From positions 1 to 34,387 of the forward strand of contig NEEC01000297.1 of assembly GCA_002189035.1 (NCBI GenBank): a stretch of 34,387 nt of DNA. Reading direction: 5' to 3'. The translations under genes were made by a program, and so were the position numbers. The notes under the pieces are model-generated. The model was not told where the DNA came from. It made no database searches and saw nothing but the letters and a program-made list of their open reading frames with translations. The stretch comes from Utricularia gibba. Taxonomy: Eukaryota > Plantae > Magnoliophyta. Below, in pieces: positions 23,530 through 34,387 of the stretch; positions within the stretch are counted from its first letter, which is position 1, and the number at the start of each line of letters is the position of its first letter.

Positions 23530-25190
23530 AAACATCACTTTATTTGCCGGCATCTTGACATGAGCCATACAGAATCGGGGTCTTCGGTGCAAAAACGCCA
23601 AAAACATTAGGCCTAATAAATACATCACTTTATTTGCCGGACTACAACTAACTCTCGGTGCAAGCCAAACATTACCTTTGTCCCGTTCCAGGTGCACCCA
23701 AAGACCGCCTGCTCAAGTATAAAGTAAGTTGTTGAAAAAATCATGTGGGGTGCACGTGACATCATAATTTAAACAAATGCATCATTTTTTTAATCGATTT
23801 GCATCCAGTTGACCTCATGAGCCATACAGAATCGGGGTCAAGGACCAAGTTCCCAGCGAGACTGGCCGCCACAAAACGAGAAGCGGTTCCTTGAAAAACC
23901 ATGTAGGCAGCCCCGAAAACGAACGATAATAAATACATCACTTTATTTGCCGGACTACAACTAACTCTCGCCCAAACATACAGAATCGTATAAAGGTCAT
24001 GTGGGGTGCACGTGACATCATAATTTAAACAAATGCATCATTTTTTTTAATCGATTTGCATCCAGTTGACCTCATGAGCCATACAGAATCGGGTCAGGAC
24101 CAAGTTCCCGCGAGACTGGCCGCCACAAAACGAGAAGCGGTTCCTTGAAAAACCATGTAGGCAGCCCCGAAAACCGAACGTAACCGAACGATTAATGCAC
24201 CCAAAGACCGCCTGCTCAAGTATAAAGTAAGTTGTTGAAAAAATCATGTGGGGTGCACGTGACATCATAATTTAAACAAATGCATCATTTTTTTTATCGG
24301 ACCAGTTGACCTCAACTACACTCTCGGAGACTGGCAAGAGAAGCGGTTCCTTGAAAAACCATGTAGGCAGCTTTACATCACTTTATTTGTACCCGTTTAC
24401 CAGGTGCACCCAAAGACCGCCTGCTCAAGTATAAAGTAAGTTGTTGAAAAAATCATGTGGGGTGCACGTGACATCATAATTTAAACAAATGCATCATTTT
24501 TTTTAATCGATTTGCATCCAGTTGACCTCATGAGCCATACAGAATCGGGGTCAAGGACCAAGTTCCCAGCGAGACTGGCCGCCACAAAACGAGAAGCGGT
24601 TCCTTGAAAAACCATGTAGGCAGCCCCCGAAAACCGAACGATAATAAATACATCACTTTATTTGCCGGACTACAACTAACTCTCGTGCAAGCCAACATTA
24701 CCTTTGTCCCGTTCCAAGTGCACCCAAAGACCGCCTGCTCAAGTATAAAGTAAGTTGTTGAAAAAATCATGTGGGGTGCACGTGACATCATAATTTAAAC
24801 AAATGCATCATTTTTTTTTAATCGATTTGCATCCAGTTGACCTCATGAGCCATACAGAATCGGGTCAAGGACCAAGTTCCCAGCGAGACTGGCCGCCACA
24901 AAACGAGAAGCGGTTCCTTGAAAAACCATGTAGGCAGCCCCGAAAACCGAACGATAATAAATACATCACTTTTTGCCGGACTACAACTAACTCTCGGTGC
25001 AAGCCAAACATTACCTTTGTCCCGTTCCAGGTGCACCCAAAGACATGCCTGCTCAAGTATAAAGTAAGTTGTTGAAAAAATCATGTGGGCCCCGAAAACC
25101 GAACGATGCACTACAACTAACTCTCGGTGAAGCATCCTTTGTCCCGTTCCAGGTGCACCCATGCTCAAGTAAACAACGTGACATGCATCA
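23530..25190. other. Zone of truncated/scrambled monomers (five disruptions) interleaved with intact monomers
   Basis: Disruptions at ~23532-23613, 23971-23996, 24181-24196, 24298-24400 and 25089-25183. They are built almost entirely from short pieces of the monomer. Confidence 0.9.
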
Positions 25191-28100
25191 TTTTTTTTAA
25201 TCGATTTGCATCCAGTTGACCTCATGAGCCATACAGAATCGGGTCAAGGACCAAGTTCCCAGCGAGACTGGCCGCCACAAAACGAGAAGCGGTTCCTTGA
25301 AAAACCATGTAGGCAGCCCCCGAAAACCGAACGATAATAAATACATCACTTTATTTGCCGGACTACAACTAACTCTCGGTGCAAGCCAAACATTACCTTT
25401 GTCCCGTTCCAGGTGCACCCAAAGACCGCCTGCTCAAGTATAAAGTAAGTTGTTGAAAAAATCATGTGGGGTGCACGTGACATCATAATTTAAACAAATG
25501 CATCATTTTTTTTAATCGATTTGCATCCAGTTGACCTCATGAGCCATACAGAATCGGGGTCAAGGACCAAGTTCCCAGCGAGACTGGCCGCCACAAAACG
25601 AGAAGCGGTTCCTTGAAAAACCATGTAGGCAGCCCCCGAAAACCGAACGATAATAAATACATCACTTTATTTGCCGGACTACAACTAACTCTCGGTGCAA
25701 GCCAAACATTACCTTTGTCCCGTTCCAGGTGCACCCAAAGACCGCCTGCTCAAGTATAAAGTAAGTTGTTGAAAAAAAATCATGTGGGGTGCACGTGACA
25801 TCATAATTTAAACAAATGCATCATTTTTTTAATCGATTTGCATCCAGTTGACCTCATGAGCCATACAGAATCGGGGTCAAGGACCAAGTTCCAGCGAGAC
25901 TGGCCGCCACAAAACGAGAAGCGGTTCCTTGAAAAACCATGTAGGCAGCCCCCGAAAACCGAACGATAATAAATACATCACTTTATTTGCCGGACTACAA
26001 CTAACTCTCGGTGCAAGCCAAACATTACCTTTGTCCCGTTCCAGGTGCACCCAAAGACCGCCTGCTCAAGTATAAAGTAAGTTGTTGAAAAAATCATGTG
26101 GGGTGCACGTGACATCATAATTTAAACAAATGCATCATTTTTTTTAATCGATTTGCATCCAGTTGACCTCATGAGCCATACAGAATCGGGTCAAGGACCA
26201 AGTTCCCAGCGAGACTGGCCGCCACAAAACGAGAAGCGGTTCCTTGAAAAACCATGTAGGCAGCCCCCGAAAACCGAACGATAATAAATACATCACTTTA
26301 TTTGCCGGACTACAACTAACTCTCGGTGCAAGCCAAACATTACCTTTGTCCCGTTCCAGGTGCACCCAAAGACCGCCTGCTCAAGTATAAAGTAAGTTGT
26401 TGAAAAAATCATGTGGGGTGCACGTGACATCATAATTTAAACAAATGCATCATTTTTTTTAATCGATTTGCATCCAGTTGACCTCATGAGCCATACAGAA
26501 TCGGGTCAAGGACCAAGTTCCCAGCGAGACTGGCCGCCACAAAAAGAAGCGGTTCCTTGAAAAACCATGTAGGCCCCCGAAAACCGAACGATAATAAATA
26601 CATCACTTTATTTGCCGGACTACAACTAACTCTCGGTGCAAGCCAACTTACCTTTGTCCCGTTCCAGGTGCACCCAAAGACCGCCTGCTCAAGTATAAAG
26701 TAAGTTGTTGAAAAAATCATGTGGGGTGCACGTGACATCATAATTTAAACAAATGCATCATTTTTTTTAATCGATTTGCATCCAGTTGACCTCATGAGCC
26801 ATACAGAATCGGGGTCAAGGACCAAGTTCCCAGCGAGACTGGCCGCCACAAAACGAGAAGCGGTTCCTTGAAAAACCATGTAGGCAGCCCCCGAAAACCG
26901 AACGATAATAAATACATCACTTTATTTGCCGGACTACAACTAACTCTCGGTGCAAGCCAAACATTACCTTTGTCCCGTTCCAGGTGCACCCAAAGACCGC
27001 CTGCTCAAGTATAAAGTAAGTTGTTGAAAAAATCATGTGGGGTGCACGTGACATCATAATTTAAAAAATGCATCATTTTTTTTAATCGATTTGCATCCAG
27101 TTGACCTCATGAGCCATACAGAATCGGGTCAACAAGTTCCCAGCGAGACTGGCCGCCACAAAACGAGAAGCGGTTCCTTGAAAAACCATGTAGGCAGCCC
27201 CCGAAAACCGAACGATAATAAATACATCACTTTATTTGCCGGACTACAACTAACTCTCGGTGCAAGCAAACCTTACCTTTGTCCGTTCCAGGTGCACCCA
27301 AAGACCGCCTGCTCAAGTATAAAGTAAGTTGTTGAAAAAATCATGTGGGGTGCACGTGACATCATAATTTAAAAAATGCATCATTTTTTTTAATCGATTT
27401 GCATCCAGTTGACCTCATGAGCCATACAGAATCGGGGTCAAGGACCAAGTTCCCAGCGAGACTGGCCGCCACAAAACGAGAAGCGGTTCCTTGAAAAACC
27501 ATGTAGGCAGCCCCAAAACGAACGATAATAAATACATCACTTTATTTGCCGGACTACAACTAACTCTCGGTGCAAGCCAAACTTACCTTTGTCCCGTTCC
27601 AGGTGCACCCAAAGACCGCCTGCTCAAGTATAAAGTAAGTTGTTGAAAAAATCATGTGGGGTGCACGTGACATCATAATTTAAACAAATGCATCATTTTT
27701 TTTAATCGATTTGCATCCAGTTGACCTCATGAGCCATACAGAATCGGGGTCAAGGACCAAGTTCCCAGCGAGACTGGCCGCCACAAAACGAGAAGCGGTT
27801 CCTTGAAAAACCATGTAGGCAGCCCCCGAAAACCGAACGATAATAAATACATCACTTTATTTGCCGGACTACAACTAACTCTCGGTGCAGCCAAACATTA
27901 CCTTGTCCCGTTCCAGGTGCACCCAAAGACCGCCTGCTCAAGTATAAAGTAAGTTGTTGAAAAAATCATGTGGGGTGCACGTGACATCATAATTTAAAAA
28001 TGCATCATTTTTTTTAATCGATTTGCATCCAGTTGACCTCATGAGCCATACAGAATCGGGTCAAGGACCAAGTTCCCAGCGAGACTGGCCGCCACAAAAC

Positions 28101-31100
28101 GAGAAGCGGTTCCTTGAAAAACCATGTAGGCAGCCCCGAAAACCGAACGATAATAAATACATCACTTTATTTGCCGGACTACAACTAACTCTCGGTGCAA
28201 GCCAAACTTACCTTTGTCCCGTTCCAGGTGCACCCAAAGACCGCCTGCTCAAGTATAAAGTAAGTTGTTGAAAAAATCATGTGGGGTGCACGTGACATCA
28301 TAATTTAAACAAATGCATCATTTTTTTTTAATCGATTTGCATCCAGTTGACCTCATGAGCCATACAGAATCGGGTCAAGGACCAAGTTCCAGCGAGACTG
28401 GCCGCCACAAAACGAGAAGCGGTTCCTTGAAAAACCATGTAGGCACCCCGAAAACCGAACGATAATAAATACATCACTTTATTTGCCGGACTACAACTAA
28501 CTCTCGGTGCAAGCCAACATTACCTTTGTCCCGTTCCAGGTGCACCCAAAAGACCGCCTGCTCAAGTATAAAGTAAGTTGTTGAAAAAATCATGTGGGTG
28601 CACGTGACATCATAATTTAAACAAATGCATCATTTTTTTTAATCGATTTGCATCCAGTTGACCTCATGAGCCATACAGAATCGGGTCAAGGACCAAGTTC
28701 CCAGCGAGACTGGCCGCCACAAAACGAGAAGCGGTTCCTTGAAAAACCATGTAGGCAGCCCCCGAAAACCGAACGATAATAAATACATCACTTTATTTGC
28801 CGGACTACAACTAACTCTCGGTGCAAGCCAAACATTACCTTTGTCCGTTCCAGGTGCACCCAAAGACCGCCTGCTCAAGTATAAAGTAAGTTGTTGAAAA
28901 AATCATGTGGGGTGCACGTGACATCATAATTTAAACAAATGCATCATTTTTTTTAATCGATTTGCATCCAGTTGACCTCATGAGCCATACAGAATCGGGG
29001 TCAAGGACCAAGTTCCCAGCGAGACTGGCCGCCACAAAACGAGAAGCGGTTCCTTGAAAAACCATGTAGGCAGCCCCCGAAAACCGAACGATAATAAATA
29101 CATCACTTTATTTGCCGGACTACAACTAACTCTCGGTGCAAGCCAAACTTACCTTTGTCCCGTTCCAGGTGCACCCAAAGACCGCCTGCTCAAGTATAAA
29201 GTAAGTTGTTGAAAAAATCATGTGGGGTGCACGTGACATCATAATTTAAAAATGCATCATTTTTTTTAATCGATTTGCATCCAGTTGACCTCATGAGCCC
29301 AGAATCGGTCAAGGACCAAGTTCCCAGCGAGACTGGCCGCCACAAAACGAGAAGCGGTTCCTTGAAAAACCATGTAGGCAGCCCCCGAAAACGAACGATA
29401 ATAAATACATCACTTTATTTGCCGGACTACAACTAACTCTCGGTGCAAGCCAAACATTACCTTTGTCCCGTTCCAGGTGCACCCAAAGACCGCCTGCTCA
29501 AGTATAAAGTAAGTTGTTGAAAAAATCATGTGGGGTGCACGTGACATCATAATTTAAAAAATGCATCATTTTTTTTAATCGATTTGCATCCAGTTGACCT
29601 CATGAGCCATACAGAATCGGGGTCAAGGACCAAGTTCCCAGCGAGACTGGCCGCCACAAAACGAGAAGCGGTTCCTTGAAAAACCATGTAGGCAGCCCCC
29701 GAAAACCGAACGATAATAAATACATCACTTTATTTGCCGGACTACAACTAACTCTCGGTGCAAGCCAAACCTTACCTTTGTCCCGTTCCAGGTGCACCCA
29801 AAGACCGCCTGCTCAAGTATAAAGTAAGTTGTTGAAAAAATCATGTGGGGTGCACGTGACATCATAATTTAAACAAATGCATCATTTTTTTTAATCGATT
29901 TGCATCCAGTTGACCTCATGAGCCATACAGAATCGGGTCAAGGACCAAGTTCCCAGCGAGACTGGCCGCCACAAAACGAGAAGCGGTTCCTTGAAAAAAC
30001 CATGTAGGCAGCCCCCGAAAAACCGAACGATAATAAATACATCACTTTATTTGCCGGACTACAACTAACTCTCGGTGCAAGCCAAACATTACCTTTGTCC
30101 CGTTCCAGGTGCACCCAAAGACCGCCTGCTCAAGTATAAAGTAAGTTGTTGAAAAAATCATGTGGGGTGCACGTGACATCATAATTTAAACAAATGCATC
30201 ATTTTTTTTAATCGATTTGCATCCAGTTGACCTCATGAGCCATACAGAATCGGGGCAAGGACCAAGTTCCAGCGAGACTGGCCGCCACAAAACGAGAAGC
30301 TGTTCCTTGAAAAACCATGTAGGCAGCCCCGAAAACCGAACGATAATAAATACATCACTTTATTTGCCGGACTACAACTAACTCTCTCGGTGCAAGCCAA
30401 ACATTACCTTTGTCCCGTTCCAGGTGCACCCAAAGACCGCCTGCTCAAGTATAAAGTAAGTTGTTGAAAAAATCATGTGGGGTGCACGTGACATCATAAT
30501 TTAAACAAATGCATCATTTTTTTTAATCGATTTGCATCCAGTTGACCTCATGAGCCATACAGAATCGGGTCAAGGACCAAGTTCCCAGCGAGACTGGCCG
30601 CCACAAAACGAGAAGCGGTTCCTTGAAAAACCATGTAGGCAGCCCCCGAAAACCGAACGATAATAAATACATCACTTTATTTGCCGGACTACAACTAACT
30701 CTCGGTGCAAGCCAAACATTACCTTTGTCCCGTTCCAGGTGCACCCAAAGACCGCCTGCTCAAGTATAAAGTAAGTTGTTGAAAAAATCATGTGGGGTGC
30801 ACGTGACATCATAATTTAAACAAATGCATCATTTTTTTTAATCGATTTGCATCCAGTTGACCTCATGAGCCATACAGAATCGGGTCAAGGACCAAGTTCC
30901 CAGCGAGACTGGCCGCCACAAAACGAGAAGGTTCCTTGAAAAACCATGTAGGCAGCCCCGAAAACCGAACGATAATAAATACATCACTTTATTTGCCGGA
31001 CTACAACTAACTCTCGGTGCAAGCCAAACTTTACCTTTGTCCCGTTCCAGGTGCACCCAAAGACCGCCTGCTCAAGTATAAAGTAAGTTGTTGAAAAAAT

Positions 31101-34100
31101 CATGTGGGTGCACGTGACATCATAATTTAAACAAATGCATCATTTTTTTTAATCGATTTGCATCCAGTTGACCTCATGAGCCATACAGAATCGGGTCAAG
31201 GACCAAGTTCCCAGCGAGACTGGCCGCCACAAAACGAGAAGCGGTTCCTTGAAAAACCATGTAGGCAGCCCCCGAAAACCGAACGATAATAAATACATCA
31301 CTTTATTTGCCGGACTACAACTAACTCTCGGTGCAAGCCAAACATTACCTTTGTCCCGTTCCAGGTGCACCCAAAGACCGCCTGCTCAAGTATAAAGTAA
31401 GTTGTTGAAAAAATCATGTGGGGTGCACGTGACATCATAATTTAAAAATGCATCATTTTTTTTAATCGATTTGCATCCAGTTGACCTCATGAGCCATACA
31501 GAATCGGGTCAAGGACCAAGTTCCCAGCGAGACTGGCCGCCACAAAACGAGAAGCGGTTCCTTGAAAAACCATGTAGGCAGCCCCCGAAAACCGAACGAT
31601 AATAAATACATCACTTTATTTGCCGGACTACAACTAACTCTCGGTGCAAGCCAAACATTACCTTTGTCCCGTTCCAGGTGCACCCAAAGACCGCCTGCTC
31701 AAGTATAAAGTAAGTTGTTGAAAAAATCATGTGGGGTGCACGTGACATCATAATTTAAACAAATGCATCATTTTTTTTTAATCGATTTGCATCCAGTTGA
31801 CCTCATGAGCCATACAGAATCGGGTCAAGGACCAAGTTCCCAGCGAGACTGGCCGCCACAAAACGAGAAGCGGTTCCTTGAAAAACCATGTAGGCAGCCC
31901 CCGAAAACCGAACGATAATAAATACATCACTTTATTTGCCGGACTACAACTAACTCTCGGTGCAAGCCAAACATTACCTTTGTCCCGTTCCAGGTGCACC
32001 CAAAGACCGCCTGCTCAAGTATAAAGTAAGTTGTTGAAAAAATCATGTGGGTGCACGTGACATCATAATTTAAACAAATGCATCATTTTTTTTAATCGAT
32101 TTGCATCCAGTTGACCTCATGAGCCATACAGAATCGGGGTCAAGGACCAAGTTCCCAGCGAGACTGGCCGCCACAAAACGAGAAGCGGTTCCTTGAAAAA
32201 CCATGTAGGCAGCCCCCGAAAACCGAACGATAATAAATACATCACTTTATTTGCCGGACTACAACTAACTCTCGGTGCAAGCCAACATTACCTTTGTCCC
32301 GTTCCAGGTGCACCCAAAGACCGCCTGCTCAAGTATAAAGTAAGTTGTTGAAAAAATCATGTGGGGTGCACGTGACATCATAATTTAAACAAATGCATCA
32401 TTTTTTTTAATCGATTTGCATCCAGTTGACCTCATGAGCCATACAGAATCGGGTCAAGGACCAAGTTCCCAGCGAGACTGGCCGCCACAAAACGAGAAGC
32501 GGTTCCTTGAAAAACCATGTAGGCACCCCGAAAACCGAACGATAATAAATACATCACTTTATTTGCCGGACTACAACTAACTCTCGGTGCAAGCCAAACA
32601 TTACCTTTGTCCCGTTCCAGGTGCACCCAAAGACCGCCTGCTCAAGTATAAAGTAAGTTGTTGAAAAAATCATGTGGGGTGCACGTGACATCATAATTTA
32701 AACAAATGCATCATTTTTTTTAATCGATTTGCATCCAGTTGACCTCATGAGCCATACAGAATCGGGGTCAAGGACCAAGTTCCCAGCGAGACTGGCCGCC
32801 ACAAAACGAGAAGCGGTTCCTTGAAAAACCATGTAGGCAGCCCCCGAAAACCGAACGATAATAAATACATCACTTTATTTGCCGGACTACAACTAACTCT
32901 CGGTGCAAGCCAACATTACCTTTGTCCCGTTCCAGGTGCACCCAAAGACCGCCTGCTCAAGTATAAAGTAAGTTGTTGAAAAAATCATGTGGGGTGCACG
33001 TGACATCATAATTTAAACAAATGCATCATTTTTTTTAATCGATTTGCATCCAGTTGACCTCATGAGCCATACAGAATCGGGTCAAGGACCAAGTTCCCAG
33101 CGAGACTGGCCGCCACAAAACGAGAAGCGGTTCCTTGAAAAACCATGTAGGCAGCCCCCGAAAACCGAACGATAATAAATACATCACTTTATTTGCCGGA
33201 CTACAACTAACTCTCGGTGCAAGCCAAACATTACCTTTGTCCCGTTCCAGGTGCACCCAAAGACCGCCTGCTCAAGTATAAAGTAAGTTGTTGAAAAAAT
33301 CATGTGGGGTGCACGTGACATCATAATTTAAACAAATGCATCATTTTTTTAATCGATTTGCATCCAGTTGACCTCATGAGCCATACAGAATCGGGGTCAA
33401 GGACCAAGTTCCCAGCGAGACTGGCCGCCACAAAACGAGAAGCGGTTCCTTGAAAAACCATGTAGGCAGCCCCCGAAAACCGAACGATAATAAATACATC
33501 ACTTTATTTGCCGGACTACAACTAACTCTCGGTGCAAGCCAAACATTACCTTTGTCCCGTTCCAGGTGCACCCAAAGACCGCCTGCTCAAGTATAAAGTA
33601 AGTTGTTGAAAAAATCATGTGGGGTGCACGTGACATCATAATTTAAACAAATGCATCATTTTTTTTAATCGATTTGCATCCAGTTGACCTCATGAGCCAT
33701 ACAGAATCGGGGTCAAGGACCAAGTTCCCAGCGAGACTGGCCGCCACAAAACGAGAAGCGGTTCCTTGAAAAACCATGTAGGCAGCCCCCGAAAACCGAA
33801 CGATAATAAATACATCACTTTATTTGCCGGACTACAACTAACTCTCGGTGCAAGCCAAACATTACCTTTGTCCCGTTCCAGGTGCACCCAAAGACCGCCT
33901 GCTCAAGTATAAAGTAAGTTGTTGAAAAAATCATGTGGGGTGCACGTGACATCATAATTTAAAAAATGCATCATTTTTTTTAATCGATTTGCATCCAGTT
34001 GACCTCATGAGCCATACAGAATCGGGTCAAGGACCAAGTTCCCAGCGAGACTGGCCGCCACAAAACGAGAAGCGGTTCCTTGAAAAACCATGTAGGCAGC

Positions 34101-34387
34101 CCCCGAAAACGAACGATAATAAATACATCACTTTATTTGCCGGACTACAACTAACTCTCGGTGCAAGCCAAACCTTACCTTTGTCCCGTTCCAGGTGCAC
34201 CCAAAGACCGCCTGCTCAAGTATAAAGTAAGTTGTTGAAAAAATCATGTGGGGTGCACGTGACATCATAATTTAAACAAATGCATCATTTTTTTAATCGA
34301 TTTGCATCCAGTTGACCTCATGAGCCATACAGAATCGGGGTCAAGGACCAAGTTCCCAGCGAGACTGGCCGCCACAAAACGAGAAGC
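25191..34387 (+). repeat. Homogeneous A-type sub-array (~29 monomers) with no B, D or E variants
   Basis: Copies differ almost only in homopolymer length (CGGG/CGGGG, AAACAAAT/AAAAAT, T-tract length) and at the ACATT/ACCTT/ACTT site. No GATATC or GCCTAAG diagnostics were seen. Confidence 0.92.
33578..33893 (+). repeat. Representative major (A-type) monomer, 316 bp
   Basis: A clean copy between two consecutive ACCGCCTGCTCAAG anchors. It contains ApaLI GTGCAC twice, plus PmlI CACGTG, NsiI ATGCAT, ClaI ATCGAT, BspHI TCATGA and DraI TTTAAA. Hand count gives C=79 and G=62 in 316 bp, with 14 CpG. Confidence 0.97.

Larger units (their letters stand above)
1..34387. repeat. Tandem satellite DNA array, ~313-316 bp monomer, ~110 head-to-tail copies, open at both window ends
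   Basis: The same unit repeats from the first base to the last. The anchor ACCGCCTGCTCAAG lies at 33263, 33578, 33894 and 34207 (spacings 315, 316, 313). No unique sequence or inversion is seen. The copy number is estimated from window length divided by monomer length. Confidence 0.99.

Noticed and set aside
33576-33585. AGACCGCCTG, similar to a segment of eukaryotic 5S rRNA, suggesting a 5S rDNA array
   Set aside because: The match is only 10 bp. The flanks do not extend into a ~120-nt 5S gene and no box A, IE or box C layout is visible.
33591-33597. TATAAA as a promoter TATA box
   Set aside because: A common hexamer in AT-rich context, with no downstream gene or transcript evidence.
33787-33801. 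CENP-B-box-like motif on the minus strand (TTCG-GTTTT-CGGG)
   Set aside because: The canonical box has 7 nt between TTCG and CGGG (CTTCGTTGGAAACGGGA). Here the spacer is 5 nt, so the essential positions do not align.
149-34225. All ORFs in the six-frame track (e.g. MHLERDKG..., MHPVDLMSHTES...)
   Set aside because: They are 60-135 aa translations of the same repeat on both strands. Frames shift with homopolymer indels, and none resembles a protein family I recognise.
1-34387. CRISPR array
   Set aside because: There is no alternation of short direct repeats with unique spacers, and no cas gene. The whole unit repeats.
1-34387. Rolling-circle concatemer of a ~315-nt viroid-like or plasmid circle, or a hammerhead-containing satellite
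   Set aside because: Several discrete monomer haplotypes recur in order, which one small circle cannot produce. No CTGANGA hammerhead core was seen on either strand of the A or B monomer, and no rod-like self-complementarity is apparent.
25191-34387. Homopolymer-length differences as monomer subtypes
   Set aside because: CGGG/CGGGG, C-run, A-run and T-run changes are scattered, unlinked and typical of long-read consensus error.
1-34387. Tandem MITE or SINE array
   Set aside because: No terminal inverted repeats with target-site duplications, no Pol III A/B boxes and no poly(A) tail. The 11-bp inverted repeat spans only ~70 bp of the unit.

Overview
The whole 34,387-bp window is one head-to-tail tandem satellite DNA array. 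It has about 110 copies of a ~313-316 bp monomer (about 45% GC by hand count), all in one orientation. I see no protein-coding gene, RNA gene, transposon or CRISPR array. Every ORF in the track is a 60-135 aa by-product of the repeat. The array has three nested levels of structure. (1) The ~316-bp monomer appears to be an old dimer of two diverged ~154-162 bp subunits. (2) In the left two-thirds (1 to ~22.3 kb), a ~15%-diverged variant monomer (B) recurs with followers C, D and E in fixed order. This forms an irregular higher-order repeat (HOR), mostly of 4-5 monomers (~1.24-1.56 kb). (3) The HOR signal fades rightward. A zone of truncated and scrambled monomers at ~23.5-25.2 kb is followed by a nearly homogeneous array to the end of the window. 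This organisation resembles eukaryotic centromeric or pericentromeric satellites, but I cannot identify the organism or family from sequence alone. Homopolymer-length noise, blended partial variants and compressed monomers suggest that part of the pattern, especially the homogeneous right end, may be a long-read consensus or collapse artefact. I found no evidence of a novel coding system.
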